Shown here: one piece after another, positions 41,063 to 50,883 of the stretch
Numbering within the stretch: the first letter of the stretch is position 1
Layout of the letters: each line of letters opens with the position of its first letter
Assembly (NCBI GenBank): GCA_963781585.1
Contig: CAWAGQ010000005.1
Span: 1-64,000 of the forward strand
DNA length: 64,000 bases
Origin: an uncultured Gemmatimonadaceae bacterium
Lineage (GTDB): Bacteria > Gemmatimonadota > Gemmatimonadetes > Gemmatimonadales > Gemmatimonadaceae
Reading direction: 5' to 3'
Made by a program: the position numbers and the translations under genes
Notes under the pieces: generated by a model
The model's input: only the letters and a program-made list of their open reading frames with translations
What the model was told of the DNA's origin: nothing
Databases searched by the model: none

Positions 41063-41178
41063 CTTTGGCCTCTGACCTTTGGCCTCTGACCTTTGGCCTC
41101 TGACCTTTGGCCTCTGACCTTTGGCCTCTGACCTTTGGCCTCTGACCTTTGGCCTCTGACCTTTGGCCTCTGGCCTTT
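41063..41178. repeat. 14-bp tandem repeat (CTTTGGCCTCTGAC)x8
   Basis: Seven perfect units, one unit with a single mismatch and a 4-bp partial, between divergent genes. Confidence 0.97.
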
Positions 41179-41308
41179 AACCGTGGCCAACCGTGGCCTT
41201 GAACCTACACCGCCCCCACGCCCCTCGCTAACGCCGGGCTGCGCGAACCCCTAACATCGGTGGGCCCGGGAGCGCAGCTCTGCGTTGATTCCTACCTCGA
41301 GAACCCGC

Positions 41309-42802
41309 GTGCCCTTTCCCGAATACTCCTCGTACGATGCGACCGGTCTCGCCGAGCTGGTGCGCGCAGGACGTGTGGCTCCCCGTGAGCTCGTCGCCGC
41401 GGCCATCGAGCACATCGACGCCCTCAACCCCGCGTTGAACGCGGTCATCCATAAGATGTACGACCGCGCGCTCGCCGACGCCGATGGCGATCTGCCCGAC
41501 GGGCCGTTCCGCGGTGTTCCAATGCTGCTGAAGGACCTCACCTCCCTCTATGGCGGGGAGCCCCTCACCAGCGGCAGCCGTCTGTTTCGGAACTGGATCG
41601 CCCCGCACGACAGCGAAATCGTCAGGCGGTTCAAGCGTGCGGGGCTGATCGTGGTCGGCAAGACCAACGCGCCGGAATTCGGCCTCGTGCCGTACACCGA
41701 ACCCGAGCTGTTCGGGCCGACGCGGAATCCGTGGGACACCGCGCGGACGGTGGGCGGGTCATCCGGCGGATCGGCCGCTGCCGTCGCGAGCGGGATGGTG
41801 CCGGTGGCCGGCGGAGGCGATGGCGGCGGATCGATTCGCATCCCCGCGTCGTGCTGCGGAGTGTTCGGCCTCAAGCCGACGCGTGGCCGAAACCCCACCG
41901 GGCCGGACCAGGGGGAACTGTGGCGCGGCGCCGCGGTGGAGCACGTCCTCGCCCGCACGGTGCGCGACAGTGCCGCCATGCTCGACGTCCTGTCGGGGCC
42001 CGACGCCGGCGCCCCGTACTTCGCGGCTCCGCCGGACCGTCCGTTCGCGCAGGAGGTGGGCGCCCCTCCCGGGCGCCTCCGCATCGCCTTCACCACCCAT
42101 CCCTTTCTCGGGCACAACGTCCACGACGACTGCAAGCGGGCTGTCGCTGACGCCGTCCACATGCTGCAGTCGTTAGGCCACGAACTGGTCGAATCAGCAC
42201 CGGTGGTGAGCCGGGAGGAGTTCAACCTGGCGTTCCTCACGCTGATCTGCGGCGAAGTGCGCGCCGAATTCTCCGATGCACGCGTGGCGCTCGGCCGCCC
42301 GGTGCATCGCAGCGACGTCGAAGCCCCCACCTGGGCGCTGGGCCTCCTCGGCAAGCAGATCACCAGCGGCGACTACGCTTCGGCGCTCCGCTATCTGCAG
42401 CGCACCGGCCGCCGCATCGGCGAGTTCTTCGAGCGCGTGCACGTGCTGCTCACACCGACCGTGGCCACGCCGCCCTTCCGCCACGGCGCCCTGCAACCCC
42501 CGGCCAGCGAACTCGCCATCATGAAGACGCTCGGTGCGATGCACGCCGGGGTGGTGCTGCGCCTGATGGGCGCGCTCAAGCGGGCGGCCGATACGATCTT
42601 CGACTGGATTCCCTGGCCTCCGCTCGCCAACATCACCGGCCAGCCGGCCATGTCGCTGCCGCTCTCGTGGAATGCCGACGGTCTCCCGATCGGCGTACAC
42701 TTCATGGGACGCTACGGCGACGAGGCGACGCTGCTGCGCCTAGCGGCTCAGCTCGAAGCGGCGGTGCCGTGGAGAGACCGCCATCCGCCGGTGTGGTCGT
42801 AG
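41309..42802 (+). CDS. amidase signature family protein
   Basis: [16 protein letters not shown] and [11 protein letters not shown] motifs. Confidence 0.92.
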   Translation: MPFPEYSSYDATGLAELVRAGRVAPRELVAAAIEHIDALNPALNAVIHKMYDRALADADGDLPDGPFRGVPMLLKDLTSLYGGEPLTSGSRLFRNWIAPHDSEIVRRFKRAGLIVVGKTNAPEFGLVPYTEPELFGPTRNPWDTARTVGGSSGGSAAAVASGMVPVAGGGDGGGSIRIPASCCGVFGLKPTRGRNPTGPDQGELWRGAAVEHVLARTVRDSAAMLDVLSGPDAGAPYFAAPPDRPFAQEVGAPPGRLRIAFTTHPFLGHNVHDDCKRAVADAVHMLQSLGHELVESAPVVSREEFNLAFLTLICGEVRAEFSDARVALGRPVHRSDVEAPTWALGLLGKQITSGDYASALRYLQRTGRRIGEFFERVHVLLTPTVATPPFRHGALQPPASELAIMKTLGAMHAGVVLRLMGALKRAADTIFDWIPWPPLANITGQPAMSLPLSWNADGLPIGVHFMGRYGDEATLLRLAAQLEAAVPWRDRHPPVWS

Positions 42803-42835
42803 GGTCGACCATCCGAATCGAACGAGGCTCCCCCA

Positions 42836-43324
42836 GTGCATCCCTTGAGTACGTCGATCGGTCTGGGCGACATCGTGCTGCGGCTTGGCGCGGCGATGCT
42901 GATCGGTGCGGTGCTCGGTATCAATCGCGAGCTGCACGAGAAGCCCGCCGGCCTCAAGACGATGACGCTCGTCTCACTCAGCTCGGCCCTGCTCACCATG
43001 GTCAGCATCTCATTCGCCACCATGACCGGTGTGGTCGAGGGGACGGCCGTGGCGCGTGTCGTTCAGGGCGTGTTGACGGGGATCGGGTTTCTCGGCGCCG
43101 GGGTGATTCTGCGCGGTGAAACGGTGCGCAACATCGCCGGGCTGACGACGGCGGCGCTGATCTGGCTCGCGGCCGCGCTCGGCATTGCCTGCGGCGCAGG
43201 TCAGTGGGAGCTCACACTCTCGGCGCTCGTGGCGATACTGATCGTACTGCTGATGGGGGGACCGCTGGAGCGCGCGCTGCATCGCCGCTGGCACGGCGAC
43301 GTGGACGGCGCCGACGACCGATGA
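42836..43324 (+). CDS. MgtC/SapB family membrane protein
   Basis: KPAGLKT, GIGFLGAGVIL and GLTTAALIW motifs. Confidence 0.9.
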   Translation: MHPLSTSIGLGDIVLRLGAAMLIGAVLGINRELHEKPAGLKTMTLVSLSSALLTMVSISFATMTGVVEGTAVARVVQGVLTGIGFLGAGVILRGETVRNIAGLTTAALIWLAAALGIACGAGQWELTLSALVAILIVLLMGGPLERALHRRWHGDVDGADDR

Positions 43325-43336
43325 GGGCGTGCCCGA

Positions 43337-43357
43337 AAATGGGGTCAGACTCGAATT
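43337..43357. repeat. REP-like element, single copy
   Basis: AAATGGGGTCAGACTCGAATT between convergent genes. Confidence 0.85.
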
Positions 43358-43418
43358 TTCTCCGCAGCAGGTGCGGCGATCGCGGCAGCACGGGTCGGCG
43401 ATGCGCCGGTCGCCGACT

Positions 43419-45818
43419 CTAGTCCTGGCGCAGCGACTGCACCGGGTCCACGCGACTGGCGCGCTGCGCGGGCCTGAGGCTGGCGGCTGTGCTCACCACC
43501 ACCAGGATGGTGATCGCGGCGACGAGCGACACCGAATCGCTCGGGGAGACGCCGGCCAGCAGTGGGGTGAGCGTGCCGGCGAGCCAGACCGCCGCCACCC
43601 CGCCGGCCACCAGCGCCACCGCCGTGGTCCGCAGGTTGGTGCGGAGCACCTCGCGCAGAATCATCGACGGCGTGGCGCCTAACGCCATTCGGACACCGAA
43701 CTCGCGGGTGCGCTGGGCGACCGTGTAGCTCTGGAGCCCATAGACGCCGATGATCGCCAGCACCAGCGCCAGTCCGGAAAAGATGCCGATCACCGCCGCA
43801 TTGAACCGCGGCCGGACGAGCTGACGCTGCGCGCGGGCAGCGAGCGTGGCGAACGAGGAGACCTGCAGATCCGGATCGAGGGTTGCGAGAAATGCACCGA
43901 CCTCGCGGGCAATCGCCGCCGGGTTGGCGGTGCGGATGATCAGGTACGTCGCCCACCGCGGTCGTTGCCGGTTGGACCAGTAGATCTGCGGCTCGACGGG
44001 TGCATTCGGGTTGGCGGCGGGGACGTCCTTCACCACGCCCACGATTGCGAACGTCGCACTGTCGTCAGGCAGCCGCAGGCGGCGGCCCACCGGGTCGGCG
44101 TTCGGCCAGAATCGGGCCGCAAGCCGTTCGTTGATCACCGCGACCAGCGGTCCACCCGCCACGTCGGTGGCCGCGATATCCCGGCCGCGCACCACCGGCA
44201 CACCGAGGGTGGCGAAGTAGCCGGGGCCCACGTCGAACCAGCGCACGGTGCCGCGCACCTGCTCGGCGGGTTGGGCACCATCGGCAATCGCCAGGTCGGT
44301 TTCGGTGCCGCCGAAGAGCGGACCGGCGGACGCTTCTCCGGCCGCCTCCACTCCCGGCAGCGTGGCGACGCCATCACGCGCGCGCGCGAACAACTGCGCC
44401 ACATCGGCCGACGTCGGATACTTGCTCTGCGACGCCAGCAGCCAGGTCGTGGTCACACGGTCGAGGGGAATGCCCGGCGACCATCCGCCGAGCGTCGCCA
44501 GGGAACGGATCAGCAGGCCGGCCCCGGTCACCAGCACGACCGCGAGTGCGATCTCGAGCGCCACCAGCAATCGGCCGAGCGGGGTGCCCCGCATCGACGA
44601 CGTCCGAACGCCGTCGCCGAGCTGCGACCGGACGTCGGCGCGTCCGCTGCGAATGGCCGGGAGCACGCCGACCAGCAGTCCGGTCAGCAGCGACAGCCCG
44701 ATCACGAACACGGTCACGCGGGCGTCGACGTGCACGGCGTCGAGTCGGGGAATGTCGCGCGGCGCCAGCGCCACGAAGAGGCGGCTCAGCCACGTGCCGG
44801 CCAACAGTCCCAGGGCGCCGCCCACCACGGCGATGACCAGGCTCTCCACCAGCACGCCACGCGCCAGCGCCCATCGCGGGGCGCCGAGGGCCGCACGGAG
44901 GGCGTACTCGCGCGCGCGGGTGGCGTTTCGCGCGAGGTAGAGGTTCGCGAGATTTGCGCAGCCGATGAGCAGCACGAAGGTCACGGCGCCGAGGAAGGTG
45001 AGCAGTGTGCCGCGAGCGGATCCGATGATCAGGTCCTGCACCGGGCGTACTTCGATCCCCCAGTCGGGCTTGTCGGCAAAGTGGGTGGTCTGCAATCCAC
45101 CGGCGAGTCGGGAGACATCGCGACGCGCGTCGTCGATGGTCGCGGACGATTTCAGCCGCGCAAACGCCCGGAATCCACGCCACGTGCGGTTCTCTTCGCT
45201 GCTCGGCGAGAACGGAATTGGCAGCCAGGCGTCGATGTCTTCCATGGTCGGGATGCGCACATCGGGGTCGAGGACCCCGACGATGGTGCGTGTCTCGTCG
45301 TTGAGGATCACGGGGTGCTCGAGCACGTCGGCGCGCCCGCCGAGCTGCTCCTGCCAGAAGCGGTGGCTGACGAGAGCCACCTTTGCGCCGGCGCCGATCT
45401 CGTCCGGCGCGAACGCGCGGCCGCGTTCCAGCCGCACGCCGAGCAGTGTGAACAGCGCCGGCGACGCGAGTCCGCCGGTTACGCTCACGGCGCCGTCGGG
45501 TCCACGCATCACCACCGGCCAGTCGCGGCCGAGTCCCACCGCTGCCAGCGTGCTGCTCTCCCTGCCGAGGTCGGCCGCGTTAGGCGGCGACGTCACGCAG
45601 AACGAATCGCGTTCCTTTTCCGGGAACTCGCACAGCGCGACCAGCTGTGACGGTCTGGGGAAGGGCAGCGGCCGCAGCAGGATGCCGTTGACGACGTTGA
45701 ACACGCCGGCGTTGGCGCCGATGATGAGCGCGACGGTAGCGACTGCGGCGAGAGAGAAGGCGCGATGACGGGCGAGGCCTCGCCAGGCGGCGCGAAAGTC
45801 GGCACGAATGGAAGTCAC
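43419..45818 (-). CDS. duplicated MacB/FtsX-type ABC permease (ADOP-like)
   Basis: LLRPLPF, LLIGCANLANL, REYALRAALGA, RTREFGVRMALGA and PAQRASRVDP motifs. No adjacent ATPase. Confidence 0.9.
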   Translation of the reverse strand: MTSIRADFRAAWRGLARHRAFSLAAVATVALIIGANAGVFNVVNGILLRPLPFPRPSQLVALCEFPEKERDSFCVTSPPNAADLGRESSTLAAVGLGRDWPVVMRGPDGAVSVTGGLASPALFTLLGVRLERGRAFAPDEIGAGAKVALVSHRFWQEQLGGRADVLEHPVILNDETRTIVGVLDPDVRIPTMEDIDAWLPIPFSPSSEENRTWRGFRAFARLKSSATIDDARRDVSRLAGGLQTTHFADKPDWGIEVRPVQDLIIGSARGTLLTFLGAVTFVLLIGCANLANLYLARNATRAREYALRAALGAPRWALARGVLVESLVIAVVGGALGLLAGTWLSRLFVALAPRDIPRLDAVHVDARVTVFVIGLSLLTGLLVGVLPAIRSGRADVRSQLGDGVRTSSMRGTPLGRLLVALEIALAVVLVTGAGLLIRSLATLGGWSPGIPLDRVTTTWLLASQSKYPTSADVAQLFARARDGVATLPGVEAAGEASAGPLFGGTETDLAIADGAQPAEQVRGTVRWFDVGPGYFATLGVPVVRGRDIAATDVAGGPLVAVINERLAARFWPNADPVGRRLRLPDDSATFAIVGVVKDVPAANPNAPVEPQIYWSNRQRPRWATYLIIRTANPAAIAREVGAFLATLDPDLQVSSFATLAARAQRQLVRPRFNAAVIGIFSGLALVLAIIGVYGLQSYTVAQRTREFGVRMALGATPSMILREVLRTNLRTTAVALVAGGVAAVWLAGTLTPLLAGVSPSDSVSLVAAITILVVVSTAASLRPAQRASRVDPVQSLRQD

Positions 45819-46109
45819 GACGAACTCGGCGTTCGGTCCTTCGGTGGTACGACTATGGAGGCAACCGCGCGGGACACAGGACCTTTCGGAATGCTCCGGC
45901 CGGCCGCCGGTCCCGGTATCGGGTTTCTCCTGACGTGTGATCGTCGGGATGCCCACACGGGTGGCGCCGATCTCGGTCCGTGCGGTGAAACGCGCGTTTC
46001 GTCACCACGGAGGTCGCCGAGAAGCCAAGCCGAAGCCTGATTCCGCCGTCGAAAGTGCGCTGCGGCTTCCGCGGTTCAAATCACTTCCTTACCGCAGAGA
46101 GCACGGAGG

Positions 46110-47318
46110 TCACGGAGAGCGGCGCCTCACGTGAATCAGCACCGTGCCGCTGTCTGCCGTGCGGACACGCAGAACACCGTGCGTCCCGGCGGGCCCCGCA
46201 TCGGTCCACATCACCACCCGCTGCCCCTCGACTTCCGTGGTCGGCTGCGAGCCGCCGATTGCCGCCCTCGGCACCAGCAGCGCGAGTGATGCCAGCGCGG
46301 CGAGCCACGACGCGTGCACCGCGGGACTCCGAACCGGAGACCCGGGCTGCACCGGCGTCGTCAGGCGCCGTACCCGGACCAGCAACGATGAACGCGGATG
46401 CTCCAGCATCGCCGGGACCGTCACGCCCACACCTGCCACCGTCCATTCCGCCACGTGCGCCAGGCACCGCGCAAGCGTCACCGGTCGCGACGTGAGCGCC
46501 ACCGCCCATTCGTCGGCCGCGAGCTCCGTGGTATCGAGCATGCGCCGGCGCGCCAGACGATTCAGCGGCTGAAAGAAGAACACGACCTCCACCATCCGCA
46601 CCAGAACCAGCCAGGCACCGTCGCGCCGTACGAGATGAGCCAGTTCGTGCGCGAGGATGCTCTCCAGATGCACCAGATCGAACTCGGTGAGGGCCCTCTG
46701 CGGCAGGTAGATCTCGCTCGCTCCAACCGCGACGGGACTGGGCAGGTTGCGCACCACCACCGCGTGCACCCGGCGATCGATCCCGGCACGCCGGCAGAGA
46801 TCGCGCAGTGCCGCCGACACGATCGTGTGCTCACCCGGCACCGGCGAGGCCAGGGCACGCGCCAGGCGACGCCTCGCCAGCGCGAACAACCCGAGACCAA
46901 GCGCCACGCCCCCCACCCAGCATGGCACCACCCACAACGGCCACCCCGGCGTGATCGTGACGTGCGCGACCATGTTGCGCGGTGAGGGTGCGCCCGCGCC
47001 CGATTCGGCGTCGACCATCAGGCGAACGGCGGCGCTCGCGTCGCGCATCACCGGAACCGTACCGGACAGCGGGGCCAGCACGCCGGCGGCCTGGAGGGTC
47101 GCGGTCGCGACGCCGCCAAGCAGCGCCACCCGCCACAGGGTCGCCAGTCGCGCCGCGCCGAGCCGGCCGCCTAACGCTGATCGGGAAACCGCCCACACGC
47201 CACCGATCAGCAGCGTGCTCTGGACCAGATAGGTCGCCAGCCACCCCGTCACCCACGCCGATCCGCGCAGAGTCGCCGGCGCGAACCGGAGCAGCGTCTC
47301 AGCGAAGACCGGGGGCAT
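46110..47318 (-). CDS. M56 family (BlaR1-like) membrane metallopeptidase
   Basis: ILAHELAHLVRRD, FFFQPL and ELAADEWA motifs. Confidence 0.88.
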   Translation of the reverse strand: MPPVFAETLLRFAPATLRGSAWVTGWLATYLVQSTLLIGGVWAVSRSALGGRLGAARLATLWRVALLGGVATATLQAAGVLAPLSGTVPVMRDASAAVRLMVDAESGAGAPSPRNMVAHVTITPGWPLWVVPCWVGGVALGLGLFALARRRLARALASPVPGEHTIVSAALRDLCRRAGIDRRVHAVVVRNLPSPVAVGASEIYLPQRALTEFDLVHLESILAHELAHLVRRDGAWLVLVRMVEVVFFFQPLNRLARRRMLDTTELAADEWAVALTSRPVTLARCLAHVAEWTVAGVGVTVPAMLEHPRSSLLVRVRRLTTPVQPGSPVRSPAVHASWLAALASLALLVPRAAIGGSQPTTEVEGQRVVMWTDAGPAGTHGVLRVRTADSGTVLIHVRRRSP

Positions 47319-47697
47319 CAGCGGTACGCTCGGCGTGCGCGATGAGCCTCTTGACCTCGTCGAGATCCCGCGTGGCGATCTCGCGATCGGCCAGCAGATG
47401 GCTGATGAGAGCCGCCGGGCTCCCATCGAAGAGCAGCGTCGTGAGCTCCGCCACCATCGAGCGCCGCACCTGCGGCTCCGTGACCCTCGCCCGATAGATG
47501 AACTGCCGCCCTTCCGGGCGATGGCTCACCAGCTCGCGCTTCTCCAGGCGGCTCAGAATGGTCGCGACGGTGGTCAGCGCCAGGCGGCGCCCGGGCAGGA
47601 GCGACTCCTGCACCTCCAGCACCGTGCACTCGCCACGCTCCCAGAGAGTGCGCACCACGGCGAGTTGAAGGTCGGTGAGATGGACTTCGGTGGGCAT
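47299..47697 (-). CDS. BlaI/MecI/CopY family transcriptional repressor
   Basis: LWERGECTV...TTVATILSRLEKR...LFDGS. Overlaps the M56 gene. Confidence 0.9.
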   Translation of the reverse strand: MPTEVHLTDLQLAVVRTLWERGECTVLEVQESLLPGRRLALTTVATILSRLEKRELVSHRPEGRQFIYRARVTEPQVRRSMVAELTTLLFDGSPAALISHLLADREIATRDLDEVKRLIAHAERTADAPGLR

Positions 47698-47814
47698 GCG
47701 ATGCTCTTCAGCCGGGGACGGGATACATCGACGCGTGTCGTTTCATGAGACACGGCCCACCGGCCCACGGTTTACGCCCCCGGTGGCCGCGGGCTCACCA
47801 CCCGCGGCCGGCCC

Positions 47815-50598
47815 TCACCGCACCGCCCCCGCGAACACCGCGTTGAACAGCAGCTTGAACGTGGCGTGCGGCTGCGCGCGCTGCAGAATCTCCGGCCCAT
47901 ACAGCACCACCCGTCCCTTCCCGAGCGGTGCGTCGATCGCCACCACCCCGTTGTCGAGATACTGCTGTCCCCACGACCACCCGCTGTGGAGCGGCGCCGC
48001 GGTGTCGAACCATCCGACCCGCTTCACGCCTGACGACGACGCGTCGGGCGCGAGGTCGAACACGGGACTGTTGTCGAAGAACACGTCGGTGTGCTCGGCC
48101 ATCCCCCAGGTGAGCGGACTCGAGGTGTCGAACCGCGCGGTGAGCACCGATCCGGGGGTGTAGAACTTCGTCTGCGGGAGCGGGCGGCCGTCCTCCACGA
48201 GATGATTGCGCACCGGGAGGTTGAGCTGCGCGGCGAGGTTGGCCGCCGAACTGCCGATGGCGATGATGGTGCCCCCGTTCTCCACGAACGCCCGGAGCTG
48301 CGGAATGGTCTTCGCCGCGGTCACGCTCCCCAGTTGCGCCCGGTACTCTTCCGGGATGTCCGCCGCGTTAGGCGCTCCGCCGCCCCGGCCGCCTCGGCCG
48401 CCGGCCGTCCCCGGGATCGCACCGCCCACGAAGATCAGGACGTCGTACCGCTCGTTCAGCCTGCCGGCGTCCAGCGCGGGCGCAAACACCCGCTCGAACG
48501 GAAACTCGTACTGCTCCAGGATCCACCGCGCCCACCCCGCGTCGATCGATCCGCCGTACTGATCCCACAGCCCGATGCGCGGCGCGCGCAGCTTCGCCAC
48601 GTCCTTCGTCTGCGGCATCCCCGCGCCGTCGAAGCTCACCCCGAGCTCGAGTGCGTCGAGTTCCACCTCGCGGCGCGTGGATCCCCGCGACCGCACGAAG
48701 AACGTGCCCGCGGGATACACGGTGCCCTTCACCGTCACCGGCGCGCGCAGTGCGTACACGTCCTGACCCGCCTTGAGCAGCCGATTCACCGCGATCACCG
48801 CGTTGTTGACCTTGCGGCTGATGAAGAAGCCCGCGGCGCCCTGCGCGTTCGTCACGTGCCCCGACAACGGCTTGATGTTCCACCCGGTGAGCTGCTCGCA
48901 CGGGCAGGTGAACGCGTCCAGGATCCGGTCGAGCTGCACACCCATCTGGAACGCGAGCGTCCACCCGGCGTTGTCGTAAGGCGGGGTGGGCGGACCGCCG
49001 GGGATGGGGAACACGTCCGGGTGCACCTGCGGTTCGAACATGTCCATCACGTGTGGCCGAAACGCCTGCGCGGTCATCACCACGAACGAACCGGCGGGAT
49101 ACCGTTTCCCGTTCACCGCGAAATCGCGTGTGGCCCGTTGCACCGCAATCCCGGTCTCACGCAGCGCGTCGATGAACTTCGTGGCCGTGGCGAAGTCCGG
49201 CTGGTCGGCCGGGAGGATGTACCCGCGCGGGTCGCGCAGCTCCAGCTTGTGCAGTTCGGCCCAGAACGCCATGTCGCTTTCAGCGGTGCCGCCGCCGCGG
49301 CCTCCCCCTCCCCCTCCCCCGCCGCCGCGCCCGCGGCCGCCCCCGGCCCCTGCCATCTCCGCGGCCACCGCCGCGTAGCGGCGCGGATTCGGCGTCCAGG
49401 TGTCGATACTGCCCCGTTCGATCGAGTGCTTCCCCATCGTATAGATGTTGAACAGCAGGTTCTCGCGCAGGCGCGAGGCGTAATCGAGGATCGCGCGGTC
49501 GGCGGAGATCGAATAGTCGATCGACTGGCGGAAGTGCCACTCCTGCGGCGGCACCGGAAACATCTGGTCGGCCGTCGGGAGCTGCCGCTGCATGACCAGC
49601 GGGATCCGCATCGGCGTGGGGCTCCCCACCATCTCGGTGAGGATGGCGATGACGTTGTGGAAGGCGGCGGTGTTGCGGATGCCGCCGTTCCACCAGCCGT
49701 CGTACGGTCCGCCCGACCGCATGGTGGCTCCGGGCTTCCCTTCCACCGCCATTCGCGTGTGGAGCCACGCGCCTAACGTCTGGAAGCCGAGTACCAGGAT
49801 CGGGTCGAGATTGTAATTGTTGGGGTCGCGGAACGGCGGCGAGTAGAAGATCGTCCCGGCGGGGCCGCTCTGGTGATGGTTGTAGAGAATCTGCGGAAAC
49901 CACTGGTGATACAGCACGCGATTGATGTTCTCGGTCTCCGCCTGGGTGGACATGAAGAAATCGCGATTGTTGTCGTGGCCGATGTACTTCTGGTACAGCA
50001 CCGGCAGGCCCGACATGCTGCGCTGCTCGGGGACCGGGTTGCGCATGTACCAGTTGGCCACCAGATCGTTGCCGTCGGGGTTGGCGTGGACGAAGAGGAT
50101 GATGCAGTCGTTCAGGAAGCGGAGCGTCTCCTCGTCGGTGCGGCTCACCATCTGGTAGACCATCTCGGCGAGCTGCTGCGCGCCCAGCACCTCGGTGGCG
50201 TGCAACCCGCCGTCGATCCAGACCACCGCCTTCCCTTCCTTCGCCAGCGCGCGCGCGTCGTCGTCGGAGAGGCCTTCGGCGAGCGCCAGCCGGCGCGAGA
50301 TCTCCTGGTAGCGCGCGAGCCGCCGCTGGTTCTCCGGCGACGTGACGATGGCCATGAGTTGCGTACGCCCTTCGGCCGTGCGACCGATGTCCTGCACCAC
50401 CAGCCGGTCGGACTCGTCGTCGAGCTTGTGCCAGTAGGCGGCGATCTGCTGGTAGTTCGCGAGCCAGTAGTCGTCGCCGAAGTCGTGCCCGAACTGCTCC
50501 TTCGGCGTGGTGATGTGCCCCTGCGCGCGGACGACTCCGGTCGGCGCGATGAACAGAAGCGCGAGCACGATCCCGACGGCGCTGCTCCTGGACCTCAT
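47815..50598 (-). CDS. M14 family zinc carboxypeptidase-like secreted protein
   Basis: Signal peptide, GLHATE (HxxE), NPDG, DNNRD and YNHHQ. Confidence 0.88.
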   Translation of the reverse strand: MRSRSSAVGIVLALLFIAPTGVVRAQGHITTPKEQFGHDFGDDYWLANYQQIAAYWHKLDDESDRLVVQDIGRTAEGRTQLMAIVTSPENQRRLARYQEISRRLALAEGLSDDDARALAKEGKAVVWIDGGLHATEVLGAQQLAEMVYQMVSRTDEETLRFLNDCIILFVHANPDGNDLVANWYMRNPVPEQRSMSGLPVLYQKYIGHDNNRDFFMSTQAETENINRVLYHQWFPQILYNHHQSGPAGTIFYSPPFRDPNNYNLDPILVLGFQTLGAWLHTRMAVEGKPGATMRSGGPYDGWWNGGIRNTAAFHNVIAILTEMVGSPTPMRIPLVMQRQLPTADQMFPVPPQEWHFRQSIDYSISADRAILDYASRLRENLLFNIYTMGKHSIERGSIDTWTPNPRRYAAVAAEMAGAGGGRGRGGGGGGGGGRGGGTAESDMAFWAELHKLELRDPRGYILPADQPDFATATKFIDALRETGIAVQRATRDFAVNGKRYPAGSFVVMTAQAFRPHVMDMFEPQVHPDVFPIPGGPPTPPYDNAGWTLAFQMGVQLDRILDAFTCPCEQLTGWNIKPLSGHVTNAQGAAGFFISRKVNNAVIAVNRLLKAGQDVYALRAPVTVKGTVYPAGTFFVRSRGSTRREVELDALELGVSFDGAGMPQTKDVAKLRAPRIGLWDQYGGSIDAGWARWILEQYEFPFERVFAPALDAGRLNERYDVLIFVGGAIPGTAGGRGGRGGGAPNAADIPEEYRAQLGSVTAAKTIPQLRAFVENGGTIIAIGSSAANLAAQLNLPVRNHLVEDGRPLPQTKFYTPGSVLTARFDTSSPLTWGMAEHTDVFFDNSPVFDLAPDASSSGVKRVGWFDTAAPLHSGWSWGQQYLDNGVVAIDAPLGKGRVVLYGPEILQRAQPHATFKLLFNAVFAGAVR

Positions 50599-50684
50599 GA
50601 CGATTCTCCCTGGTGAGCCGCGATGCGGTGAGAGATACGCCCGCGCGGTGCCCACCGGGAGGGGAGCCCGAATCTGATCCCGGC

Positions 50685-50846
50685 CTACTCGAAGTAGTCC
50701 CTGGCGATCCGCGCGCCGGCGTACATCCCCACGCCGGTCCCGATCATGCTGACGAAGAACGCGGTCATGACACCGACGAACGCGCCGAGCCACCAGCCGA
50801 CCCAGCCGAGCGCGGTCGCGCCGACGAACGCGAAGAGCTTCCTCAT
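50685..50846 (-). CDS. small Gly-rich membrane protein (53 aa)
   Basis: Not in the ORF track. MRKLFAFVGATALGWVGWWLGAFVGVMTAFFVSMIGTGVGMYAGARIARDYFE*. Confidence 0.7.
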   Translation of the reverse strand: MRKLFAFVGATALGWVGWWLGAFVGVMTAFFVSMIGTGVGMYAGARIARDYFE

Positions 50847-50883
50847 CGCGCGAAGTCCGCGGATTCGTCCCGCGTATCAGTCG

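Noticed and set aside
41063..41178. CRISPR array, or the ORF 40870-41190 (KGQRPKVRGQRSEA repeats)
   Set aside because: It is a pure tandem repeat without spacers. The ORF is a by-product of the repeat.
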